A DNA stretch of 64,000 bases from NCBI GenBank assembly GCA_965279035.1, contig OZ257142.1, positions 1,801,239 to 1,865,238 on the forward strand, read 5' to 3'. The notes beneath the pieces are model-generated. The model saw only the letters and a list, made by a program, of their open reading frames with translations, searched no databases and was not told the DNA's origin. Each line of letters begins with the position of its first letter. Position 1 is the first letter of the stretch. This document shows positions 61,001 to 64,000 of this stretch, one piece after another. The position numbers and the translations under genes are program-made. This DNA comes from Bacteroidia bacterium. GTDB lineage: Bacteria > Bacteroidota > Bacteroidia > M30B66.

Positions 61001-61157
61001 TATTGATGCAACAGGTAGAGTGATTGTGAATGAGGTGTTTGAAACAAGAAACAGCAATACAAGCAAAACGCTTTACATGCCTGAAATTGCACCTGGTGTA
61101 TATTTCCTTCGTGTTCAAAGTGGCGGACAACAGTTAATTCGCAAGTTTGGCTGGTAA
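40095..61157 (+). CDS. Giant (~7000 aa) T9SS-secreted beta-helical repeat surface protein (adhesin-like)
   Basis: One uninterrupted 21.2-kb frame. The track start (TTG at 39951) is in-frame upstream; the likely start is 40095 or 40119 ahead of the signal peptide MMLTRIRLTCLLVLAGLSAFAQT. There are dozens of autotransporter-associated beta-strand-type repeats (e.g. LTLSGANTYVGTTTVNGGSLLLG). Recurring ~700-1500 aa modules begin NW(T/N)P..G.PG..DN..IP and contain YP(V/L)GD...Y(T/S)P...RYW. It ends with a pre-CTD Ig-like module (ELLNFTATPKGEVVVLDWSTASEINNDYFTLERS) and a type-A Por secretion tail (GVYFLRVQSGGQQLIRKF). Confidence 0.85.
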   Translation: MKNFNSTTMMLTRIRLTCLLVLAGLSAFAQTTVTYTQQQANYYTTFTAGTAGNFNQGSFQLGMYANAGGTKQVASFRKFRTDGSGSSTGDRSMKVGDQFVVTLSATRAYGRIGFSLLASPSATTAWTDRENNYAMSMNLDGNSGAWGNWYAKYNGGGTSAGSANVAGQQTTYKNFTFTLTLTAPDRMNATWTDGTTTSNLYDIQLNTSNPITDYCVFLEDDWDGGANRNIYWGLGAVGTQHTLTNTGNCTIGQSNSSFTTSGVIFNGLDANSASTNSLNNNLVKSGTGTLTLSGANTYVGTTTVNGGSLLLGASGVIPDASNVTLNGGTLSSGSGAGFTEVMGTLNLSANSTLALGTGAHTITFANSSAVSWTANTILTVTGWTGTNNGNSSGTAGKLFVGNGFGGLTGIQLSRIRFNISGTLYGAMQLSTGEVVPTGGTVLYYGGANGTWTGSLWSVNEGGPYTTAWTSGCHAVMNLTSGANTLTGATTNIAAITVNAAVTYAIGGTWSMGPAGAAVAPIYVDNGVTFSMLGQGISVTAGNGIIKNGSGILQGANGNNYLGGFTINNGMFAIGGINSMGNGGTLNINGGTLAGTANRDLTGKFSSITIGGDFTLGSSTSPASGTATLTFTNNTALGSSVTRTITLGGTGLITWNGIISGTSSNLTIGATAAGSMSLGGVNTFGGNFTVNAASSTITLAAANSYGGGTVVNAGTLKLTISSAIPSGSALSFANTSGAILDLTTTALTHTVASLSGGGSTGGNISFGAPATGEVLTINQSGNTTYSGLISGNGSITKTGAGILTFGHTANTYTGSTTISAGELRLNPSTTTATFASPVILSGGKLSTTSITAATTFTSSSTLKLNASSSIDLGSNAHSLKFAASNGVAWTGATTLTINGWTGTGGATGTAGKIFFGSAVGTLTGTQLGQITFTGYTGTPILLSTGELVPPVPSVTYTWTGGAGDFLWTSPANWSPGTSTAGVGPTATDNVVIPVATNMLNLNVAKTAANFTLSGTGSFQVGASGSLTVTGTLTNSSSATPTFNCGSTFTVSSAGQTIPAWNYGNLVLSGTTATLASSGTIGICGSYTPSATTTVTGSTVDFNGSTAQSILTNAAVFNNLTISNTASTVTSGVNVTVNGTGTINSSATFIQSAGTFAANAVATTVNGTLRVTSTGAATGSAANLIFSSTGTYDHNRDGGAIPSASWNATSNCNITGINATLCTNTAQTFGNFLWNCPSSSTTFNFGAALMTNVVGLCEIRNTNGATGTLGFDATRTWTGNLSITGGRIALTRTGSATSSSLTVNNFTLDNTSDANARFTLGGNASNVASTLTVNGTFTITLGQNAAVSPIIVYGGLAGTENVNVVGNFSQTGAFTGSIGGSSSRNFNFTGAGTRTISWASSTLWGSVAVNVNSPAIIDIANYVLNNTGTFTLNSGAGIITANVNGLTTSGATGSIQSSGSRTYTSGANYTYNGTASQATGNGLNQNTPTNVNIDNTAGVTLSGATTISGVLTLTNGKLDIGANDLTLSSVGLGSVTGASSSKYIITSGAGQLLRAISTGGYPLTYTYPVGDASNYTPAAFNFTSGGTARNIGVRVVNTVHPSNTPSTDYANRYWAVSNSNAAGTFAYTPTFTIVDPGDIGAGSYANMKINRWNGTSWTQYDTSPNTTFSTPDFTLTSTLIQFTIVNGGTNEFAIRLNNPAINYTWNGGTSSSWTTTTNWTPNGTPGVNDNITIPDVASYTNELIVSGSKTVTDFTVSANGKYTLGAASSLNVAGNYTYSSSTAPTFDCTSTLSLSSASSQTVPAHNYGHLNLSGGDRVLASSGTIGICGNYTPSSGVTTITGSTVDFNGTSAQTIITNAASFNNLTISNTSSTVTASVNVTINGTATINSSATYVQSANTLTIAAATTTNVNGTLRNSGGTITNSGTLNFNASSIYDHARDGGAVPTATWNATSNCNITGINATLCTNTAQTFGNFLWNCPSSSTSFNFGAALMTNVVGLCEIRNTNGATGTLGFDATRTWTGNLSITGGRIALTRTGSATSSSLTVNNFTLDNTSDANARFTIGGSGSNVSAVLTTNGNFTMVMGQNAAATPVIVYGGILGTENIIVKGNFSHSGSGTGTISRSGTGGTSETFTFTPTGAQTFTSANASLFGLCDVVLNGTGSLAFDATSIIANTTGATPTVGRFTLASGATIITANTGGLSLTGSTGSIQSGGTRTYNAAANYTYNGSSAQITGLGLVQANNLTINNAAGVTLSAGTTITNNVNLSNGVLTLNTADLIINNAATITGTFGPTAMIATTGSASRSSGRVMRMFPSGTSSGSFTFPLGDITGTAEYSPITISLSYTGATLPPYVAYKVKDAQNPSDPSITNYISRYWEVTSNLYSATGISFTTTSTYVTADIVGTETLIEPNRLSQSGVDIGTWYEDATGSAGSNTLNGATLTSANDFNDDDLTGRLTVPIYFRSNVATGNFESPGSWLVSTDPAFLAPVGTTTTASPTYSNCDGIEIMSGHNITIAAAAGIDQATVNSGGTLTIGAGATLVVYNGTGTDLQVNGSLVNQSSIAVTLAGTLVIGSTGLYNHNINSGTIPSATWTAGSNCLISGMTTTAPSGLGQAFSDFTFNSTLSASNSLSSALTNVGRDLTINGTGGFTLGLTSTTALALTVGRDLNVTSGFLTLVTGANTNTVSLTVSGDLKISGNGGFSIAGGSSSGAGSTTLTVNGLVNNTSSSGTSFVMSGASKIVTATIANGYSQSSGTASMSQGSGATTLTIATGGFTLSGTGSFNMNNGGTGGATMNITSGDFTQSAGNFNLCASSTGPAYINQNNAANGMVLSGGTMNVLLGNSVTYANRPIITLAGSFSQSGSHAFDWGGGSVSNTASPYPAELRVAKDFSRAGTSTINCSSGSVTNKGLILFNGTQNISSLSTGTFNKTETQISGTSTLNNDFTMTSGANTVFTINSGGRLNTNNYVVSAPGGTPTFTLSSGGTISLTAASGTSNSTGNIQINAPTYNAGGNYLFEGSTSGMVTGPYLPASVTGNITINNSNGVTLSNNLTIGAASVLTLTSGVFDLGTSNLILTSGATISNYAISRYIKTSSTGTIRQTLATNTPVLFPVGNSGYNPITLSQSGASDNYTLRMIDGAISGLSPNDVTKTINRNWSFTRTSSSIVSITASSISYNVGEENNATNFNAGTQPYYGLYNGALWVQATATQGAQTFTSANAVSSSTSTSFNVAMGKDDAFINPSTTYTWVGNGAAGDWTDPNNWNPSTSLAGPLPGDNIIINAPGTASNNLNLNISKTVTDVTFNGTGVMALGASGSLTINGTVTYGGSFSATLNCSSTINYANTTALTIPPFNYGNLVNANASVRTWAASATTGICGTLTAGIGSTFTAGAGSTVDYNGTGAQTVVNLNYNNLTISQNRGGATVTLASGTIDVAGTFNPSLSNNSISYSGNTINFSGSAGQGIPAFTYNNITSSNLARTWANSGVIDVNGTFAIPSSGVQTVTGSTVRYSSTAAGTITLTSFSSSATPRHYNNLEIVGGASSIWNLASGFNLGCAGNFDLTGAGTFTVAVNATANSMTVDGNLTVSGSGNLIIANTATATLVNNLTVTGNTTISNGLLTCIGASSSTTVQGNLSTTDLTISGSGAVNLDAASNTASAAITVNGNMSVTSTSASAVNFGSGTNNANNVFNLKGNLSKSGTGSFNCTGTFNSTTGFFFNNGSGTQQFSYAGTAMTAANINVSAASTLQLMSSFNLGSAGASSLNVVGTGVLIMGTNVVTAGNSANLFSLSSTGTLKTANTSGVIGSIAGFTFANCTFASGAIFEFNGAAAQNTGVSTFTGITTASFYTITWTGTTSLTLDKSWSLNTLNFTNSGLIYLGTNNLTITSAGSITGGSFSASKMIVTDNTGTLVRSVTSVGVGLPFTWPIGENTGTTEYSPVTIASLASGGIAGSIGFRVVDGIQPNMSPATIYASRYWPCTVSGYNATYTLGSSTFTYVPGDIVVGPESSFKGDVYNSTTSLWTELASSSAVSSVLTIASGLNGTVMPTGGSSATYDIAPRVDVPTYYQTVASGNWTTLGTWEISTDPAFVSPAGSPAVSVPTNLNSAGIFIRNGHTVTVNTSLSGDDVTIYSGGTLQLTGNTFTLANGSAATDLTVNSGGTLLCASATNNSLVVASGASMQVNGLFMQAGSASPDLTNSGTITIGATGTYEHARNAGIIPTCTWTAGSLCLLSAVTNNVPSGLAQSFHHFTVNTTLTASVSTSGNLQTILGDFNLTTNHASFAFSLSAGTSYSLNVSGDMTINNGILDCANSGAGPNSVTVTGTTTMTGANSQITKKGPAAMTWNFNGNYTQNSGTLEFNAGGSSNTTVNFRGDVVMNGPVQRTNGGTHLMNFLKASGVQTLSQGTPITTAQAIVWAVGNGTTTNTVQMLTDVNVGTSGSTTFTVNNAATLDFQDKTLYGTNAPFSMGATATLKMGSQYGITTAAVGATSGNLQTQVAGRVVQATGTFIYSGTVNQVTGNLLPSTLTGTGKLTISNTGTIGNNTVTLTTTPTTTPTFNLVSGLFAAGVGQTLNITSGGTVNATGGDFVTGSTAGFINFPGTGTWTGSCNPYNVNISGGVNFGAGTVTIQNSGTLKINAGGFVSTNAPFYNANSNLQYNVTSGTTYGRGLEWYQSAGRGYPGNVRISNNNTLDPANGGGNINGSAAVNTVLNCAGSLTIDAGSSMYMDFGGNNMQVNLNILGSLNISGNLSSSGTAGKDIYVGRDWNYNTGASYNANTRAVFLNGSVNQNVGGTASTTFPYLVLNNSAGATLTISQTVSNTLTLTNGKLTLGNFDLNSNGTISGASTSNYVVTNGTGRLKQTVAASNVAFPVGNSTYNPITLNNTGTSDVYGVIAKDGAAGSESDNTKIVLRNWDINEASAGGSNLAITTQWNAPVAQTGQEASNFVRADASRWIGNYTGGVWTQNASSLAGSDPYTYTASGFTSLGIFEPGIQNAFLPIPIITGYSPTSAYTGEVITITGSNLNTLTSVTIGGTTAVLTTPAPTSSTAYYIVGSGTSGNVVATNAFGSFTASTPFTYLGYITNNPSDWNTGSTWLGGNVPIANATTTVNHAITINAAVVNSPNSITINSTKSITFGASGGVTVNNTLTNGGTIDMTSGGVLTMASGSTFANGSSTFTGGTGTVVFAGTGTVTSASGVPFNNVTLNGSVNPSAGSSIAGTLRVNQSGSINTNALSYGAASTLLYNGTSAQTPNALEFPSSSGPVNFTANNPSNVYLPFSRTISGDFRILTGTVSNLSGSAVTLTMSGSNATLEVTGTLQGTDVGAGNDINLIVSGALTSITGSNVTTLKVLNATVNSGSTLALARSNVEVRYGAFNINGTGTLRIDANGNVAAFDANSRVPIYASTANLVYNSGGSYGRYVEWSTLSGPAGYPGNVIIQNGTTLNIGTPSTDLGIYSNLSLGQTGSAGSLNMQSTPQGITVGGDVTIGSNTGTSTLTLSTNASSPALRLSGNWNRTSNGAFVGTGSNGRGVFFEGGNAQTITAPSTETFEYLLINKTSGTNVTLNSPVVVNATLTFTSGTVTLGSNDLTAATQTGGNVTSYAITNGAGKLKLNVNNTNIFFPIGPNSTTYAPATLNQASTAEVIGVSVANAPSYTPAVNDNTQMVTLEWKMNESVAGSNSLMTQFQWASSSEAGSFIRANGVFHGTWNGTTYTVRPASATTGSNPYISTSTVNYTSTLSNQNFVVGNISGIIGCFSTVANGIWNDANTWSSGVIPPGGSSVCINNTITVGPSDPDVTALGVTINASGSINLDVARTLTILTTGALVNNSGSNQNFGLGSVYANGVLSIAGANVFLLPNLTLNGNTTVTTSPTILSNLTLNSGAFLTASPTYGSNATLIYNTGGSYTVSNEWTGNSATPGLGIPKNVTLTGTTLNMPTSDRGIGGNLSISSGTVNMNGTSGDLYVGGNWTRASFATFNPNGRAVFFNGSTNQTISVTSSGTETFSYLLVAKSGGNLILDNTNPTNVTVSASSGNVLQLNSGTTIDLNGNTMSLTGTSGNVSLLGGANSVIGSANSVFAISGGLKTIVPSGGATLSFGSNVKVALSNGINFGSSTSTINGTLQIALGGYVSGNAPTYASGSTLRYFSGSTYGRGLEWSTNSGPGYPYHVTVDQNGTVTTADLSTGSATCQLAGDLTLNNGGNMTMGAMTSPLIILGNAVIGGASSGTLTLSSAAGGDVRIAGDLTRNAGGTLTQNGREVEMNGTTVQNINGVTSFAYLAINNSGASVKLNANSTISNRLRLTNGSFDLNGQTCTMANGSKILRINGTMTASPSVAPGDLYDLEYQASVASSFEFISANDAVRDLIITTGNTLTLGASRTFNRDLTLSGGDLNLATYTLTARGNAVAPSFSGSITVSGGGTRTITGAAGSGFDFTGFGANNPTKYTKTVSTFGGTLLNFDSNVLVRIGDGSVDFGSGSPTTINGVLQVLLGGSVGQILNPCYYGSNSILRFANTVDYQVGVNDKTWASGSISSGNPGIPYNVEVNDNGTDLQLQDTRALRNNLAITDGTFTLTPAYTSTFNIGGNWTRSGATSAFNHNSKKVVFDKQAAGNQTITVSSGVTAETFYDLEVSPVTGNLQAGSSSALNVLNTLNFVSGKLDIGANRLTIGTASANGSITNASSSMYVISNATAGGGNIRRYTNTNATFDFPVGDAGGYNPVSLTLSNGGQAGAYITTTVVSGMHPNMTAPAPTIYIARYWSVEPTGLATSPVYDINYTYITGDEVGVGTMYPVKYSTATATPGWQSCPGSLAAAVTGTAGGNNVPTKTFSWTGLTTFSDFSGAGDGSPLPIELLNFTATPKGEVVVLDWSTASEINNDYFTLERSDDLVKIESVGKVAGAGNSTNILNYTYSDKMPLSGVSYYRLRQTDFNGSTEVSDWVPVTFNKGNTALDFGFFLTNRGENFLQFGIANTAPITSLEVIDATGRVIVNEVFETRNSNTSKTLYMPEIAPGVYFLRVQSGGQQLIRKFGW
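43690..44060 (+). repeat. Intragenic repeat copy 1, ~90% identical to 45915-46285
   Basis: The nucleotide stretch encoding ASWNATSNCNITGINATLCTNTAQTFGNFLWNCPSSST(T/S)FNFGAALMTNVVGLCEIRNTNGATGTLGFDATRTWTGNLSITGGRIALTRTGSATSSSLTVNNFTLDNTSDANARFT is repeated almost verbatim. Confidence 0.85.
45915..46285 (+). repeat. Intragenic repeat copy 2
   Basis: See copy 1. Only scattered synonymous or conservative differences. Confidence 0.85.
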
Positions 61158-61176
61158 TATTAGAATCGAATCCATT

Positions 61177-61209
61177 GAAAAAGCCGTCCTAGTTTGGACG
61201 GCTTTTTTT
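61177..61209 (+). terminator. Rho-independent terminator of the giant gene
   Basis: aaaaagccgtcc-tagtttg-ggacggcttttttt, a 9-bp GC-rich stem followed by a T-run, 20 bp after the stop codon. Confidence 0.8.
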
Positions 61210-61388
61210 ATATGTATTCATTCAGCAATTACTCCATTGAATAGATAAAATCAATGCATGCTTAGGAATTAGATGATTCTAAGTATGATTGGGAAGTAAA
61301 GGATTTGATGAGATAGTTCCTTTTATAGAGTCATTCTTTTTCTTAAAAGAATGCTTTAGATCGAAGGAAATGAATCGAGCTCTTATTC

Positions 61389-61952
61389 TTATTTGATTCC
61401 TTCAAATTCAAACTGAAACTTAGTGGCAAATTTTTCCTGTGCTACACTTAGTTTTTGATTTAAGATTTCCTCTTGAGAGCGAACACGTTCTACAATTAGA
61501 TTAAGCTTAGTTATATCCCCATCGGAAGCTGTATCCCCCTTTAAAAAAATATCAATCATTTCTTTGTATTCATGATGGAATACATTGTTATAAAACTGCA
61601 GTAAATCAATCGCCGAGTTTCTTAGTAAGGAATCACCTTCATAGTCGCTTAGTTGATTGAGCATTGCTAATGAAGAATCGGAACGAGTGACCAATGCATG
61701 ATATTGAAGCAAAACTTCTTGTTCTGTTCCATTATCGAAAGCATCGGTCAATTTAACCATGTTTCGGATGGTTGCATTCTGATGATCAACAATAAAATCG
61801 TTGTATTCTACTGGGGTGTAGAAAATTATTTCACCCGCATGAGCTCTTTTAGGGGAGCAGGAGGGAAGTAAAAGGACGATACAAACGCAACAAAACAGCG
61901 ATGAAGCAACCTTGATCATGAATTCAACATCTTCGATGGCAAAACTACTCAA
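61389..61952 (-). CDS. Hypothetical lipoprotein
   Basis: Signal peptide with LLPSC lipobox (likely start at MIKVASS...). No family recognised. Confidence 0.4.
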   Translation of the reverse strand: MSSFAIEDVEFMIKVASSLFCCVCIVLLLPSCSPKRAHAGEIIFYTPVEYNDFIVDHQNATIRNMVKLTDAFDNGTEQEVLLQYHALVTRSDSSLAMLNQLSDYEGDSLLRNSAIDLLQFYNNVFHHEYKEMIDIFLKGDTASDGDITKLNLIVERVRSQEEILNQKLSVAQEKFATKFQFEFEGIK

Positions 61953-62036
61953 AAGAGTGGCTTAATATCAATAAAAAACGCCCTGTTCCTTTGTTAGGAA
62001 CAAGACGTATTTGAAAACAGGTATGTTGAATGTTTT

Positions 62037-62849
62037 TTATCTCGAAACGTTAAATTTCTTAACGATATCGCCAGTTGAAGTATGAATTCGAACAAAATAA
62101 ACTCCAGCACTAATTCCTTCTAATGAAAGTTGTACTGGAGAACCATACGTTGCTTCTGGGCGATATTGCTGAACCAAACCTCCTAAAGCATTCATTACTG
62201 TTATTTGAGAAACTGTTCCCATTGATTCTGGAATTCGAATAAACAAATTGCCATCACGAACAGGATTTGGGTATAATGTTAAATCAGATGAAACCGTCGA
62301 AGAATTCGTTGTGTTTGAAATATCCATACGATTCTCAAGAACAGGACTTGTTAATTCGATATTGGCATCTACTGTATTTCCAGTTAATCCTCCATCTGAA
62401 ATAACAGCATGTGAGATTCTTGGTTCAACGTCTGTCGTAGGATTGGTATTAGCTTGAAATACACCTGAAATATTATCAACTGTAATATAATGTACAGTTA
62501 ATAGTTGAATGCGAACAGTTGGATTGTATGAATATGGACGAATGAATGGACGAACATTTCCACCACGAATAATAATGTCAACGTCCACTTTCCCATCTTT
62601 AAACTGAGAAATTTTCATGTCCTGTGCAGGATTCTCTTTCGGATTAAGAATCTCAATGGCTTCAATTCGTTGATCAGTTAAAATCTGAAGTGAAACATGC
62701 AAATCACGCGAACCATCATAGGTTCCATCGTTTGGTATCGTTATAAACACCGGTGAATTCCATGTTTCTTCTTTGCCTGCCTGCAGGTTTAAGGTTTGAA
62801 AGGATGCTAGTGCAACCAATACGACTCCAAGAAAGTAGCTACGGTTCAT
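62037..62849 (-). CDS. T9SS cargo protein with type-A C-terminal sorting domain
   Basis: Signal peptide. C-terminal LTLYPNPVRDGNLFIRIPE...ISAGVYFVRIHTSTGDIVKKFNV Por secretion tail. Confidence 0.7.
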   Translation of the reverse strand: MNRSYFLGVVLVALASFQTLNLQAGKEETWNSPVFITIPNDGTYDGSRDLHVSLQILTDQRIEAIEILNPKENPAQDMKISQFKDGKVDVDIIIRGGNVRPFIRPYSYNPTVRIQLLTVHYITVDNISGVFQANTNPTTDVEPRISHAVISDGGLTGNTVDANIELTSPVLENRMDISNTTNSSTVSSDLTLYPNPVRDGNLFIRIPESMGTVSQITVMNALGGLVQQYRPEATYGSPVQLSLEGISAGVYFVRIHTSTGDIVKKFNVSR

Positions 62850-63103
62850 AACGGTGTGTTTTAGTGAATAATCAAATATACGTTAAGATTTTAACCTGAC
62901 ACAGAACACTAATCGATCAGTATCGGAATAATTTAGCAACGAAGTTTTCGTCAACTTAGTTTTCCTTAATGTTTAAATGCCACATTTCCAGCAGTATATA
63001 ATTTGTTACTGAGGGCAATTTTATCGGAATTCTCTAAAAACACAATTTTTTAAAGTAGGTCGATGACGTTCAGAATCGTCTATTTTTGTTCACAGACACG
63101 TGG

Positions 63104-64000
63104 TATGCAACAGAGTAAACTCATACAGTTACTGAAATCCCTTTCCAAAAAGGAATTCAAGGAATTTCAAGGCTATGTGTCTTCGGAGTTCTTCAATAAG
63201 AATCAGCAGTTGATTCGTTTGTTAGATCATTTATCACATTACCAAGGATATTTCGATACTTCCAAACTCGATAAGGAAGTATTCTTTAAGAAGCACTATC
63301 CAACCGAAAAACTGGAAGAACAAAAATTTCGCTACTTACAAAGCGACCTCACCAAATTACTTGAGGATTTTATTGCCTATTCGCAATACAGTAAAGACAA
63401 TTTTCAACGGAAATACTTTTTACTTGAAGCACTCAATCAGCGAAATCAAGACAAATATTTTCTTCAGGAATTGGATGCTATCAAAGAGCAGAACGACAAT
63501 TCACCGTTTCGCGATTCTGTTTATTATTTCAACCAACATAAGATTAGCGAGCTTTCCTATCAACATACTTCTGAAAAACGAAACAGAGCTTTTGACTCTT
63601 CCCTTCAAGAAGTCATCGATAATTTAGAAATTACCTACCTCGCTCGTGGGTTTCGTTATTACTGCGAAATGATCAATCGTCGTAATATTCTCAGCGTTGA
63701 ATACAACCTGAGTTTTTTTGATGAAATGGTGAAATACTTGAACAACGCCATTTTTGATTTCGTTCCTGCAATTCGAATTTACCGTTTAATTCACAAGGCC
63801 TTAACCGAACCTGATAATCAGGAGAATTATGAAGAGTTGCTCAAATGTTTGAACGAAAACTCTCATTTATTCAGCAAAACCGAACAAAGAGGCATGTACG
63901 TTTTTGCTCAAAATTATTGTATCAAACGTATCAATCGTGGTGAACCTGGCGCTTTGAAACAGATTTTTGATTTGTATCAAGCAATGGTTGATCGGGATTT
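63104..64000 (+). CDS. Partial hypothetical protein (C-terminus off the right edge)
   Basis: Stop-free frame from ATG at 63104 (MQQSKLIQLLKSLSKKEFKEF...) to the window end. Helical, K/E-rich. No family recognised. Confidence 0.4.

Overview
This window looks like a chromosomal segment from a Bacteroidota (Bacteroidetes) genome. The basis is several type IX secretion system (T9SS) C-terminal sorting domains, a PorP/SprF gene, two TonB-dependent receptors, DUF4476/DUF4259-type proteins and low GC content. It contains: (i) the 5' part of a minus-strand beta-propeller cell-surface protein running off the left edge; (ii) a TonB-dependent receptor cluster preceded by a His/Cys-rich small protein; (iii) a eukaryotic-type GT22 (Alg9/PIG-B-like) mannosyltransferase homolog and a second GT-C membrane protein; (iv) a ~1.1 kb block of ~470-bp tandem structured repeats in a convergent intergenic gap; (v) an orphan PorP/SprF gene next to an IS4-family insertion; (vi) a 1285-aa PKD/SdrD-B T9SS cargo protein; (vii) a histidine kinase whose N-terminal membrane domain is a clear homolog of the plant/cyanobacterial ethylene-binding domain (conserved Cys..His copper site), followed by a REC-only response regulator, two tandem paralogous 9-Cys small lipoproteins and an ECF sigma/anti-sigma pair; (viii) an HxlR / SnoaL-like / MBL-hydrolase group; (ix) a flotillin (SPFH) operon with three small unknown proteins behind a ~690-bp AT-rich tract; (x) CorA, a DUF4259-like protein and a type-B-CTD T9SS protein embedded in a family of palindrome-containing REP/MITE-like repeats; (xi) an IS110-family element inserted into one of those repeats, with ~200 bp of non-coding 5' end (bridge-RNA candidate) lying ~330 bp upstream of (xii) a single uninterrupted 21.2-kb ORF (7068 aa) encoding a giant beta-helical T9SS-secreted surface protein with internal near-identical module duplications; and (xiii) further T9SS cargo, a lipoprotein and a partial ORF at the right edge. 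The most novel candidates are the ethylene-receptor-like two-component module with its Cys-rich lipoprotein paralogs, the repeat/IS110/giant-gene locus, and the structured tandem repeats at 8.3-9.4 kb.
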